Both the position numbers and the translations under genes were made by a program. The notes under the pieces were generated by a model that was not told the DNA's origin, searched no databases, and saw only the letters and a program-made list of their open reading frames with translations. From Octopus sinensis (Eukaryota): 64,000 nucleotides of DNA. Below, piece by piece: positions 42,833 to 55,327 of this stretch. Location of the stretch: contig NC_043000.1 in NCBI RefSeq assembly GCF_006345805.1, forward strand, positions 61,876,001-61,940,000, given 5' to 3'. Each line of letters starts with the position of its first letter. Position 1 is the stretch's first letter.

Positions 42833-44529
42833 CTATGTCCAGATTACTTTAAAATGAATACCCATGTGTAGTGAATCAGTAGTTCACGTGTAGGATTTGA
42901 TATTGATAAGCTGTGCATTTATACTTGCAACATGATGAATGCGCATTGATTTTCGATTATGAAAGCTTATTAGGTAACAGATTATACAGCGACACTATCG
43001 ACATTGAAAATAACAGTTAATTTAGTGTTAACCTATTTAATGCAGGAATAATTTCAAAGCTAACAAGAAATGATTCAGAGGATAAAAAAGAAAGAAAAAT
43101 TAATACCCAACAGATATTAGTTTGAAAAAATTACGTTTTTTTTTTCAGAAAATACGAAAGACAACTTCATGCTAATACAGGAAATTATGATTACCAAGTC
43201 TGCTAAGCAAAGCTTTCGTAGCAAAGGCAATATATAATTGACTGTATGTACAAGATGGTATACAGAGTGGCGTAGAAAAATAAATGTGACCAGAGAATAC
43301 ATAGAAAATAAGGAAACCTAGGTGTCACAGTCATAATAAAAAAACATGTATAAAAGTCTTTTCAGTACTTGCCAAATAATTAAAATAACATTTGTCAAGC
43401 ACTAATAATGTTTTCTCTTCACTGCATAATTTTTCAACTTAGATCTTAAATACACATGCATGCAATGTAATAATACTGAATTAGCAAGTGTTTCTCATGC
43501 TGATGGCCTCTGAGTTATTTATAGATAACGTTTAGTGCATGAACAAGTTATGATTAGTCGCCTAAACATCCTAATCTAGAGCACTGATTATTGTCTGAAG
43601 TTAAGTGACCGAAGGGATAATTTATTCCATTTACAGCAAATAGATTTTGACTTCATATGTGGAAGAAGCGTTTCCTTACACCGCTGATCAGATACTTAAT
43701 GTTGCGTTTGCAATTTCAAAACACTGTACAACTGATTTGATGTAGACAAATATATGGAAAAAGGAAGCTTGAAATAGAATTGTACCTCGTTACAAGGGCA
43801 AATCCAAATTATATTTCATTACTTCTTTATAAGGTGTTGGAGTAAACGACAGTGAGTGAATGAGTGAGTAAAAGAGAGAGAGTAAAAGAGAAAGAGCTAG
43901 AGAAAGAGAAACAAAAGAAAAAGAGAAACAGAGAGACAGAGAGAGAGAGAGAGAGTGCTAAAGGCAGAGGGAGGCACAGATAGAGAGAACCCCCGATTTG
44001 TAATACATACTTTTTCTCACCTGCATAGTGTATAATCATATGTGAATAACCATTCACGATTCTCCTGAGTATCAAAGACTGTTATAAGCATTAAGTAAAT
44101 AATGCTACATTGGCAATATGTTTAATTACAAATTATAATATGAAAAAGAAAAATTAAATATGAAATAATCATAGATGTTTCACTCAAACATATATCTATG
44201 TATTAAATGTGATATATGTCTTCATTGTGTCATAATTTATCATTCAACACCTGCTATTAGACGACACATACCGTTATCAAATTAAGCGTCTAAGTTTCAT
44301 TACGTCGAACCAGCACAAACCTTTCAACATAAACAAGTTTTGTCACGTTTGAAAATGATATCAATAACTTCTGTAATTCATTTTATCTTGATTAAAATGT
44401 AAATCTATACAGTTTCAAACACACACACTAATACACACACACACACACATACACACACACTCACATACACACACACACACATACACACACACACACATAC
44501 ACATATATATATATACATATATGTGTGTG

Positions 44530-44690
44530 CGTGTGTAGTTGAAATTTACAGGAAAACAAAAGACGAAGACAGGTGTATAAATAGACAGCAGGTGTGTTAG
44601 TTTGACGCTCGGGAAAAATGAGAAAGTCTTTTATGTTTCAAGTCTACGCTCTTCGAAAGAAAGGAATAAGAGAAAATAAACAGAGAGAAT
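44530..44690 (-). repeat. Repeat terminus homologous to 35545-35670, abutting CA/TA microsatellite
   Basis: Shared ...GAAGAGCGTAG...TTCCCGAG...TTCGTCTTTTGTTTT...TAAATTTCAACTA. Confidence 0.65.
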
Positions 44691-44699
44691 TTATAAAAA

Positions 44700-46640
44700 A
44701 AACAAATGGAAACACTAGCCATTAACAAAGTAGCACCAACAATCATAAAATTCATAGAGCACTCTATGAATAAATGGCAAACAGTCCTACACCTCCAAAC
44801 AAAAGAGGGACTCATAAAAACCAAAGACATCCCCATTAGAAGAGGAATATTCCAGGGAGACACGCTCTCTCCACTCCTTTTCTGCTTGGCACTGTCATCT
44901 CTATCTTATATGCTAAATAGAACTGGATGCGGATATAAATGTTACCGCAAAACGATCAGCCACCTTTTATATATGGATGACCTAAAACTATACGCTGCAA
45001 ATGACAAACAGCTGGAAACACTATTAAAGACAGTTCATGGATTTACCAAAGAAATAGATATGAAATTTGGATTAGAAAAATGCGCCAAAGTAACCATGAA
45101 AAGAGGAAAACTAGTTAAGAGTAACAACATCACACTAGATAAAACCAATGAAATAAAAGAATTAGACCAAAGCCAAACTTACAAATACTTAGGAATCCAT
45201 GAACTAGATAAGACACAACACACACAAATGAAAGAGAAAATAAGAAAAGATATTATAGACGAGTTAGATCAATACTAAAAACAGAGCTCAATGCTAAAAA
45301 CAAGATAATAGGTATCAACACTTTAGCTGTCCCAGTTATAAGTTACAGCTACAATATCCTTAACTGGACACGAAATGAACTGTCCAAAATAGATAGGAAA
45401 ACAAGAAAAATAATGACAGGATCTAGGATGCATCACCCAAAATCTGACATAGAAACACTATATATACAACGTATAGAAGGTGGTAGAGGCCTTATACAGC
45501 TGGAAAACTACTATAAAATAACCACCATAGGACTGCAAAAATACCTACTTCAGAAGGAAGGAAAACTGATCCAGATAGCAGCAAAACACGAGCAAAACAA
45601 AAAAACTGTTCTCAGTATTTAAGGAAGCTGACAAATACAAACAAGAAATCATACCACCTAATAAACACGAAGAAGAAGAAGAAGATGATGAAGAAACAAC
45701 AAAAGCTATAAAACAAATGAAATCCAAACTAAAAATAGAACAGCAACGAACCATGATATAACGATGGCAAGAAAAGCCCCTTCATGGTAAATACTGGACT
45801 AAACTAAACGCAAAAGAAATAGACAAAGAAAAATCCCAGCAATGGTTGAGAAGCTCAGGACTCAAAGCAGAAACAGAGGGATTTTTAATTGCAGCACAAG
45901 ACCAAAGCCTCCCCACCAGAAATTACCAAAAACATGTAATGAAAAGAAATATTACAAGTAACTGCAGAATATGTGGAGATGGACAAGAAACAATAAATCA
46001 TATTATCTCTAGCTGCCCAGTCCTGGCTAAGAAGGAATATATTCACAGACATGACAGAGTTGGAACCTACATACATTGGAAGCTATGCCAACATTATGGA
46101 ATAACAACAGAAAAAAGATGGTATAGGCACACACCAGAAAAGGTCACAGAAAACGAGAAAGCAACCATACTCTGGGATATGCCGATACACACAGATAGAG
46201 AAATTAAGGCCAACAGACCAGATATAGTTGTCAGAGATCATGAAGAAAAAAAATGCTTTCTAATTGATGTATCAATACCGGCAGATGACAACGTGTCTCT
46301 AAAAGAAATGGAGAAACTCTCAAAATACAAAGACCTGGAAATAGAGGTAACTAGATTGTGGAATCTGAAAACAGAAGCAATTCCTATCATCCTTCCTATT
46401 AGGCATGATAAAAAAATATTCAAACAAATACATAACAAAAACACCAGGACTTACAAACACATATAACATACAGAAAATTGCACTACTAGGCACTGCACAC
46501 ATCCTACGCAGAACACTTTCCATACAATAACCATCAGAGCATCACAACAAATCACAGCACATACCCAAGGCACACAGAGCTGCGCTCGGTAGTGAAGTGA
46601 AAGCACGCTATAAAAATAAAACTACTGAATAATAATGATA
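44700..46640 (+). mobile_element. 5'-truncated R4/Dong-type non-LTR retrotransposon (RT plus restriction-like endonuclease)
   Basis: RT motifs GIFQGDTLSPLLF, YMDDLKLY, YKYLG, GGRGL; CCHC finger CRICGDGQETINHIISSC; RHD motif; RPDIVV...LIDVSIP...K nuclease. ORF stop at 46528-30, ~100-bp 3' UTR ending CTACTGAATAATAAT. Clade assignment is from motif recall. Confidence 0.9.
44706..46530 (+). pseudogene. Disrupted RT-RLE reading frame of the R4/Dong-type element
   Basis: ORF-track pieces 44706-45278, 45413-45622 and 45846-46466 join through frameshifts near 45250, 45605 and 46390, plus an in-frame TAA near 45758. Confidence 0.85.
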
Positions 46641-46974
46641 ATTCATTCTCGTCGGTTATTAATGGCAATATGAAAAATTGTTGAATAAAAGGGAATTTAC
46701 TGTCATAGGTAGAAAAAAAAAGAAAAAAGGGAAAAAAATACACGCAAAAATATTCTCACGATACATAGACATAAACCGCTTGCGTTCATAACATCTACAT
46801 ACGTACACACTCACTCAAAAATGTATACGTACATGCACTTGCACAGACAAACACATATGTGCATGTACGTAGTCATACGTACACACATATCCGCACACAA
46901 ACACACATTCACATAATACATATGTATTTAGACATTTATACATATAAATATACGTATATACATATATATAATTC

Positions 46975-47190
46975 AGTTCTATATTGAAGAGATGAGGAAT
47001 TATGTACATTATTTACATTTTGTTTGTTGATATACTCTCCAGCCTTCATAAGGTGTCTTGGGGAATTTCGAACCTGGGTCTCATTCCTATCGTATTATCC
47101 GATGTTATTATTATTCAGGTCACTGTCTGGAATCGAACTCGGAATCTTAGGGTTAGTAGCCCGCGCTCTTGACCACTACGCCATATGCCC
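46975..47190 (-). mobile_element. tRNA-headed SINE, family C, with decayed hammerhead-derived tail (copy 1)
   Basis: A box TGGCGTAGTGG, B box GAGTTCGATTCC; tail CAAGACACCTTATGAAGGCTGGAGAGTATATCA homologous to 35385-35525. Confidence 0.7.
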
Positions 47191-47397
47191 GTGAGCTTGT
47201 AAATCTAATATTTTCCCATCCTTCCTTAATACCGGTTCCCATATGCTATTCATATCTGCTCATATATATATGTTTGTGTGTGTGTGTTTACATATATATA
47301 TGTACACACACACACACACACAAACACACATTCACATAATACATATGTATTTAGACATTTATACATATAAATATACGTATATACATATATATAATTC

Positions 47398-47614
47398 AGT
47401 TCTATATTGAAGAGATGAGGAATTATGTACATTATTTACATTTTGTTTGTTGATATACTCTCCAGCCTTCATAAGGTGTCTTGGGGAAATTTCGAACCTG
47501 GGTCTCATTCCTATCGTATTATCCGATGTTATTATTATTCAGGTCACTGTCTGGAATCGAACTCGGAATCTTAGGGTTAGTAGCCCGCGCTCTTGACCAC
47601 TACGCCATATGCCC
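47398..47614 (-). mobile_element. tRNA-headed SINE, family C (copy 2, inside the 423-bp tandem duplication)
   Basis: Nearly identical to 46975-47190. Confidence 0.7.
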
Positions 47615-47727
47615 GTGAGCTTGTAAATCTAATATTTTCCCATCCTTCCTTAATACCGGTTCCCATATGCTATTCATATCTGCTCATATATATATGTTTG
47701 TGTGTGTGTGTTTACATATATATATGT

Positions 47728-47762
<35 letters not shown>

Positions 47763-47775
47763 CACACACCCACAT

Positions 47776-47807
<32 letters not shown>

Positions 47808-48174
47808 CCTCCTATCACACATCTAGACCTGCATATATACTAACATACGTATATCTGAATAAATGAAGTGGGCGTGTGCATGAAAGTCGCAGTTATGCAC
47901 TGGACACAGTCTCACACTCATACACATACATATACACATAGCCATATAGACACATGCACACACATATACATGTAAAATACATACACATACATATACATTT
48001 ACTCACATTCGTACACGTTCACACAATTAAATAGGAAGAAATAAAAAAAAGATAAAATATGTATAAAAAATATAAAGTTAAGTCGTACGAGAAGCTTGTG
48101 TAGGAACATAGTAAAAATATGGATTCTAGCCGTGATCTGGGGTGTGGGGGCAATAGCGTAATAGGTATTTTGTC

Positions 48175-48460
48175 ACATGTGGACAGATCCAAAATATTCA
48201 GTTTTTGAATTTAGACATGTAGCGGTGTCCAAACCACTTTTCCAGATGAGCCATCTTTCCATGTTACAAAGATCGCACTTGCTAATACCGTTGATATAAG
48301 GTTTACACTTGGCTAAGATCTTCCAGTAAATCCTATAGTTGACACGTTGTTCTTTTAAGAACCATATCTAAATGGATAATTTGATAGTTTTTCGTATATT
48401 CCAGTGTCTGAAGATTAAGGTGTGAGTCTTGAACCTTTTATTCAACGGGTTTTCATAACT
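48175..48460 (-). mobile_element. Penelope-like element remnant: C-terminal half of GIY-YIG endonuclease
   Basis: Manual translation: KRFKTHTLIFRHWNIRKTIKLSI*IWFLKEQRVNYRIYWKILAKCKPYINGISKCDLCNMERWLIW...CLNSKTE. Fits the recalled PLE endonuclease pattern F..H.SF...LS.YIW.LK...Y.I.W.I..C.LC..EK..I...LN.R.E. Confidence 0.7.
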
Positions 48461-49040
48461 TCTACTGCCATTAATACTGCCAGTACAGGAAGCTAACGAT
48501 GGTTATCTGTAGATTGGCTACACAGGTCAAGGAACGTCACGTGATGTAATGGTGGATATTATAGATGGATTAGCGTCAGGAGTTCGATGAGTAAAGAATA
48601 TTTTTAACCGCGTGGTCGGAAAGGAAATTGGTGGTGACAGTACGTCTGGGTGTGGAACTAGTGGGGTTTGTGAGCATATCAGATTGTTTGTGGATGTGTG
48701 TATGAGCTTGTGTGACATTCCTTGCTGAATTGCAGCCCACCTCCGGTAGCTATCTTGGACTTTCTGTACCTTTCTGTTCATTTGGATATCTCATGATCCT
48801 TAGGAGATAGGCTCCGTTAAGGCCTTGCGTAATTGAAGTACCATGGGATCTGAATCAAAGTGTTTTGTATAATGCATATATATATATATACATACATACA
48901 TAAATATATATACACACACACACACACGCACACACACACACACGCACACACACATATCTATATCTATATATATATATATAATATATATATACATATATAT
49001 ATATATCATATCTATATGTCTATGTATCTATCTGATCTAC

Positions 49041-49197
<157 letters not shown>

Positions 49198-50608
49198 TAA
49201 CATATACAAAGATAGTATACATGCTATACAGTAATGTGTGTATGTAGTGGGGAGCTGAAACGTTTGAATTTTATTTTATTATGAGTCGCTCGTGGACGAA
49301 ACTATAACTTCATCTGATAAGCCCTTGTGGAAGATTTTTATTTCAGAGATTTCTTTCTCCGAGATAGATTGTCTTTACTACGAGTGGTGAAATGTCACAT
49401 GCGTTGTGATCTTTCTGCAAGTTGTTCACTTTTATTTCATGACATTCTATACCGGAACCACATTGTAACAACAGATGTATAAAAGTTGCTGATTGTAAAA
49501 CACTGCATTTAGAAAACCTGTGTAAATTACTACGGTATTTTGAATAAAGCAAAGCATGATTTCTGATACTACAAAAGAAATGCACGAGGAAAATTTCGTA
49601 ATGTTTTGTGTGTTTAAGAATATAGTCGAATGCTGGAATGTAAATATTCTGATTTATTTGACATATTTAAATCAACTGAAGACTTCCAACAGTTTTCAAA
49701 ACCAATTTATCGCACGTTTAGCGTGGGTGGAGGTATGGTTACTAGCGTGTATGTATATGCATACGCATAAATACAAGCACTAATGATTAATATTTTTGTT
49801 ATTATATTATCATCAGTCGGTCGTAAACGAAACTATAGCATTATCTGATAATTTTTGTGTGCAATACAATGTCAGCTGGTAGCATTACAAATCCTCATTG
49901 ACTATTGTGGATGGTGGATGACTCTCTTGTTTACTTCTACCCTTCGACAGCTTTTGTTTATCTACCCGCTGGATGTTCAACGACCACTCTTTTTATCGAG
50001 CAATGTTAGTGGGTTTGCCGGTTTAATCTCCGACGACCTGCAACAGGTCATACTGAGTAACATGTTACCATACCAGTAACGTAAGAGCGACCTGACATAA
50101 TATATACACACATGCTCTCACACAAACACAAAAACCACACACAAACACACACGTACGCACACACATAGACATAGACACAGATACACACGCACAGCTACAT
50201 ATATACATAAATACATGCGCGCGCGACAACACACACACACACACATATGCATATACATATATTAACTTACAAATATACATGGAGGTGTTAGTGTGTAAAT
50301 TAAGTGACTATATATGTAGAATAACAATACGAACTAATATTTTGTACTCCCTAAATATTCCCTGAATATAGCCGCCAGCACTCTGTTTTCCAGGATTTGT
50401 GTCCTTGCATTTGGCTTTCTATAAGACGGAGCTAGCTGATAGAACAAGTTTTCATAGCAGATAAGTTCAGTGAGTGAATTATCGATTTACGTTTTATTGA
50501 GCCATATTTCTTCTGTGTGGAATGACGAAAAGAATGAATAAGCTAAGAGGGACAGGTACATGCATACGTACTCATCAGTACACACCAATACCATGTATGT
50601 AGACGCTG

Positions 50609-51110
<502 letters not shown>

Positions 51111-51432
51111 GTCTGTCTGTTTGTCTTTCCATCCCTCTGTTCGGCCCTATGTCCGACTGTCATTCCGTTTTTTCAGTCCATCTGTCTGTCCGCCCGTCTG
51201 CCTGTCTGTCTGTCTGTCTGTTTGTCTATCTGGTTCTTTATTTATATGGATGTATTCATATGGCAGACAAATGACTGAAACAAGGATAAGAAAAGAACAT
51301 GCATACATATATACACATATACATGCACACATACATGCACACATACATATGTAAATATGTATGAGTGCGTATGTACATAAGAATATAAATAAATTATATC
51401 CGCATATGATGCATGTACATGCATAAGTATAC

Positions 51433-51470
<38 letters not shown>

Positions 51471-51791
51471 ACACACACATATGTACGTGCGTATATATGA
51501 ATGTAGATAGGCTGGTAGGTATGAATCGTCTATATATATATATTATATATATATATATATATATATTAATCAATATAGGGTGGCAAGGAAAATTTTGTAG
51601 AATTTTATTGCCACCAGCGGCCCAGTGGGAAAAAATTAAATAGTCATAGACCATTTTTAAGTTCAACATTAACAATTAAGGAACGGCCATAATAGGCCAT
51701 TCACCCACTAGAAATAACAGCCAAAGCTTCTACCGCAAATAAAGATTAATTCCGTAAACAGGAGAAAATTAAAAAAAACATTTACCCTGTA

Positions 51792-51898
51792 ATTTCTTGT
51801 ACGGTATACCGTTTCATCCGCTGTTTAATGGTAAACTAACCTGATTAAATTAAATCAAGCCAATCTTCCATAAGCCCTCGGATTCTTCAGCAAGAAAT
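51792..51898 (-). ncRNA. Type I hammerhead ribozyme, intact core; predicted cleavage between 51800 and 51799
   Basis: Minus strand reads ATTTCTTG-CTGAAGA-ATCCG...CGGAT-GAAAC-GG-TATA-CC-GTA-CAAGAAAT: stem I 8 bp, conserved CUGANGA and GAAA, A10.1-U11.1, stem III 4 bp with 4-nt loop, GUA triplet. Confidence 0.92.
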
Positions 51899-52283
51899 AG
51901 CTCAAGTCGGAACAGGTATTTACACGAGGCATACCCAATCTTGCCAAGGCAATATCTGACCTAAAATTTTCAAATCGTCGCACTCGCGCCAAATTTATCG
52001 GCAGCAAATAAATATCAGCCGTCGATTCCATTACGGAATTAACCAAAAAATTCATAATTAATCAATATAGGGTGGCAAGGAAAATTTTGTAGAATTTTAT
52101 TGCCACCAGCGGCCCAGTGGGAAAAAATTAAATAGTCATAGACCATTTTTAAGTTCAACATTAACAATTAAGGAACGGCCATAATAGGCCATTCACCCAC
52201 TAGAAATAACAGCCAAAGCTTCTACCGCAAATAAAGATTAATTCCGTAAACAGGAGAAAATTAAAAAAAACATTTACCCTGTA

Positions 52284-52390
52284 ATTTCTTGTACGGTATA
52301 CCGTTTCATCCGCTGTTTAATGGTAAACTAACCTGATTAAATTAAATCAAGCCAATCTTCCATAAGCCCTCGGATTCTTCAGCAAGAAAT
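52284..52390 (-). ncRNA. Type I hammerhead ribozyme, intact core
   Basis: Same motif as 51792-51898, one period (492 bp) to the right. Confidence 0.92.
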
Positions 52391-52774
52391 AGCTCAAGTC
52401 GGAACAGGTATTTACACGAGGCTACCCAATCTTGCCAAGGCAATATCTGACCTAAAATTTTCAAATCGTCGCACTCGCGCCAAATTTATCGGCAGCAAAT
52501 AAATATCAGCCGTCGATTCCATTACGGAATTAACCAAAAAATTCATAATTAATCAATATAGGGTGGCAAGGAAAATTTTGTAGAATTTTATTGCCACCAG
52601 CGGCTCAGTGGGAAAAAATTAAATAGTCATAGACCATTTTTAAGTTCAACATTAACAATTAAGGAACGGCCATAATAGGCCATTCACCCACTAGAAATAA
52701 CAGCCAAAGCTTCAACCGCAAATAAAGATTAATTCCGTAAACAGGAGAAAATTAAAAAAAACATTTACCCTGTA

Positions 52775-52880
52775 ATTTCTTGTACGGTATACCGTTTCAT
52801 CCGTTGTTTAATGGTAAACTAACCTGATTAAATTAAATCAAGCCAATCTTCCATAAGCCTCGGATTCTTCAGCAAGAAAT
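52775..52880 (-). ncRNA. Type I hammerhead ribozyme, intact core
   Basis: Same motif; two changes, both in the internal loop of the stem II extension. Confidence 0.9.
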
Positions 52881-53263
52881 AGCTCAAGTCGGAACAGGTA
52901 TTTACACGAGGCATACCCAATCTTGCCAAGGCAATATCTGACCTAAAATTTTCAAATCGTCGCACTCGCGCCAAATTTATCGGCAGCAAATAAATATCAG
53001 CCGTCGATTCCATTACGGAATTAACCAAAAAATTCATAATTAATCAATATAGGGTGGCAAGGAAAATTTTGTAGAATTTTATTGCCACCAGCGGCTCAGT
53101 GGAAAAAATTAAATAGTCATAGACCATTTTTAAGTTCAACATTAACAATTAAGGAACGGCCATAATAGGCCATTCACCCACTAGAATAAACAGCCAAAGC
53201 TTCTACCGCAAATAAAGATTAATTCCGTAAACAGGAGAAAATTAAAAAAAACATTACCCTGTA

Positions 53264-53370
53264 ATTTCTTGTACGGTATACCGTTTCATCCGCTGTTTAA
53301 TGGTAAACTAACCTGATTAAATTAAATCAAGCCAATCTTCCATAAGCCCTCGGATTCTTCAGCAAGAAAT
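53264..53370 (-). ncRNA. Type I hammerhead ribozyme, intact core
   Basis: Same motif as 51792-51898. Confidence 0.92.
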
Positions 53371-53854
53371 AGCTCAAGTCGGAACAGGTATTTACACGAG
53401 GCATACCCAATCTTGCCAAGGCAAATCTGACCTAAAATTTTCAAATCGTCGCACTCGCGCCAAATTTATCGGCAGCAAATAAATATCAGCCGTCGATTCC
53501 ATTACGGAATTAACCAAAAAATTCATAATTAATCAATATAGGGTGGCAAGGAAAATTTTGTAGAATTTTATTGCCACCAGCGGTCAGTGGGAAAAAATTA
53601 AATAGTCATAGACCATTTTTAAGTTCAACATTAACAATTAAGGAACGGCCATAATAGGCCATTCACCCACTAGAAATAACAGCCAAAGCTTCTACCGCAA
53701 ATAAAGATTAATTCCGTAAACAGGAGAAAATTAAAAAAAACATTTACCCTGTAATTTCTTGTACGGTATACCGTTTCATCCGCTGTTTAATGGTAAACTA
53801 ACCTGATTAAATTAAATCAAGCCAATCATGTAAATACCTGTTCCGACTTGAGCT

Positions 53855-53960
53855 ATTTCTTGCTGAAGAATCCGAGGGCTTATGGAAGATTGGCTTGATT
53901 TAATTTAATCAGGTAGTTTACCATTAAACAGCGGATGAAACGGTATACCGTACAAGAAAT
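53855..53960 (+). ncRNA. Type I hammerhead ribozyme, intact core; predicted cleavage after 53952
   Basis: ATTTCTTG 53855-62, CTGAAGA 53863-69, ATCCG 53870-74, CGGAT 53932-36, GAAAC 53937-41, GTA 53950-52, CAAGAAAT 53953-60. Confidence 0.9.
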
Positions 53961-54340
53961 TACAGGGTAAATGTTTTTTTTAATTTTCTCCTGTTTACGG
54001 AATTAATCTTTATTGCGGTAGAAGCTTTGGCTGTTATTTCTAGTGGGTGAATGGCCTATTATGGCCGTTCCTTAATTGTTAATGTTGAACTTAAAAATGG
54101 TCTATGACTATTTAATTTCTTCCCACTGGGCCGCTGGTGGCAATAAAATTCTACAAAATTTTCCTGCCACCTATATTGATTAATTATGAATTTTTTGGTT
54201 AATTCCGTAATGGAATCGACGGCTGATATTTATTTGCTGCCGATAAATTGGCGCGAGTGCGACGATTTGAAAATTTTAGGTCAGATATTGCTTGGCAAGA
54301 TTGGGTATGCCTCGTGTAAATACCTGTTCCGACTTGAGCT

Positions 54341-54452
54341 ATTTCTTGCTGAAGAATCCGAGGGCTTATGGAAGATTGGCTTGATTTAATTTAATCAGGT
54401 TAGTTTACCATTAAACAGCGATGATGTTTGAAAGGTATACCGTACAAGAAAT
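54341..54452 (+). ncRNA. Hammerhead copy with corrupted 3' core
   Basis: 5' half intact; 3' half reads CGATGATGTTTGAAAGGTATACCGTA (insertion, and GAAAC lost its C). Mutation or sequence error. Confidence 0.6.
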
Positions 54453-54837
54453 TACAGGGTAAATGTTTTTTTTAATTTTCTCCTGTTTACGGAATTAATC
54501 TTTATTTGCGGTAGAAGCTTTGGCTGTTATTTCTAGTGGGTGAATGGCCGATTATGGCCGTTCCTTAATTGTTAATGTTGAACTTAAAAATGTCTATGAC
54601 TATTTAATTTTTTCCACTGGGCCGCTGGTGGCAATAAAATTCTACAAAAATTTCCTTGCCACCCTATATTGATTAATTATGAATTTTTTGGTTAATTCCG
54701 TAATGGAATCGACGGCTGATATTTATTTGCTGCCGATAAATTTGGCGCGAGTGCGACGATTTGAAAATTTAGGTCAGATATTGCCTTGGCAAGATTGGGT
54801 ATGCCTCGTGTAAATACCTGTTCCGACTTCTTGAGCT

Positions 54838-54942
54838 ATTTCTTGCTGAAGAATCGAGGGGTTATGGAAGATTGGCTTGATTTAATTTAATCAGGTTAGT
54901 TTACCATAAACAGCGGATGAAACGGTATACCGTACAAGAAAT
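54838..54942 (+). ncRNA. Hammerhead copy with 1-nt deletion in stem II
   Basis: Core intact; ATCG replaces ATCCG. Confidence 0.7.
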
Positions 54943-55327
54943 TACAGGGTAATGTTTTTTTTTAATTTTCTCCTGTTTACGGAATAATCTTTATTTGCGG
55001 TAGAAGCTTTGGCTGTTATTTCTAGTGGGTGGTGAATGGCTATTATGGCCGTTCCTTAATGTTTATGTTGAACTTAAAAATGGTCTATGACTATTTAATT
55101 TTTTCCACTGGGGCTCGCTGGTGGCAATAAAATTCTACAAAATTTTCCTTGCCACCCTATATTGATTAATTATGATTTTTTGGTTAATTCCGTAATGGAA
55201 TCGACGGCTGATATTTATTTGCTGCCGATAAATTTGGCGCGAGTGCGACGATTTGAAAATTTTAGGTCAGATATTGCCTTGGCAAGATGGGGTATGCCTC
55301 GTGTAAATACCTGTTCCGACTTGAGCT

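Larger units (their letters stand above)
46894..47740. repeat. 423-bp direct tandem duplication bounded by CA microsatellites
   Basis: ACACACATTCACATAATAC recurs 423 bp apart; copies differ by ~1 base outside the microsatellites. Confidence 0.9.
51565..53827 (-). repeat. Retrozyme-like tandem array, left arm: 4 full ~492-bp monomers plus a ~300-bp partial; hammerhead on minus strand
   Basis: Monomer start TTAATCAATATAGGGTGGC recurs at 51566, 52058, 52549, 53040, 53529 (periods 492, 491, 491, 489). Copies differ by only a few bases. Left boundary is a (TA)n tract. Confidence 0.95.

Noticed and set aside
47110-47190. tRNA gene on the minus strand (also 47535-47614)
   Set aside because: A/B boxes are present but the acceptor stem does not close; it is a SINE head.
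51566-52057. Second ribozyme on the opposite polarity (ambisense viroid-like replicon)
   Set aside because: Opposite strand has only CTGATTA and CTGACCT with no matching GAAA-stem III; no HDV-like or twister fold recognised by eye. A formal scan was not possible.
53800-53860. Simple read fold-back artefact as the sole explanation of the inversion
   Set aside because: A pure fold-back predicts mirror-image arms and flanks, but arms end at different monomer positions and flanks are unrelated. A misjoin of two loci is still possible.
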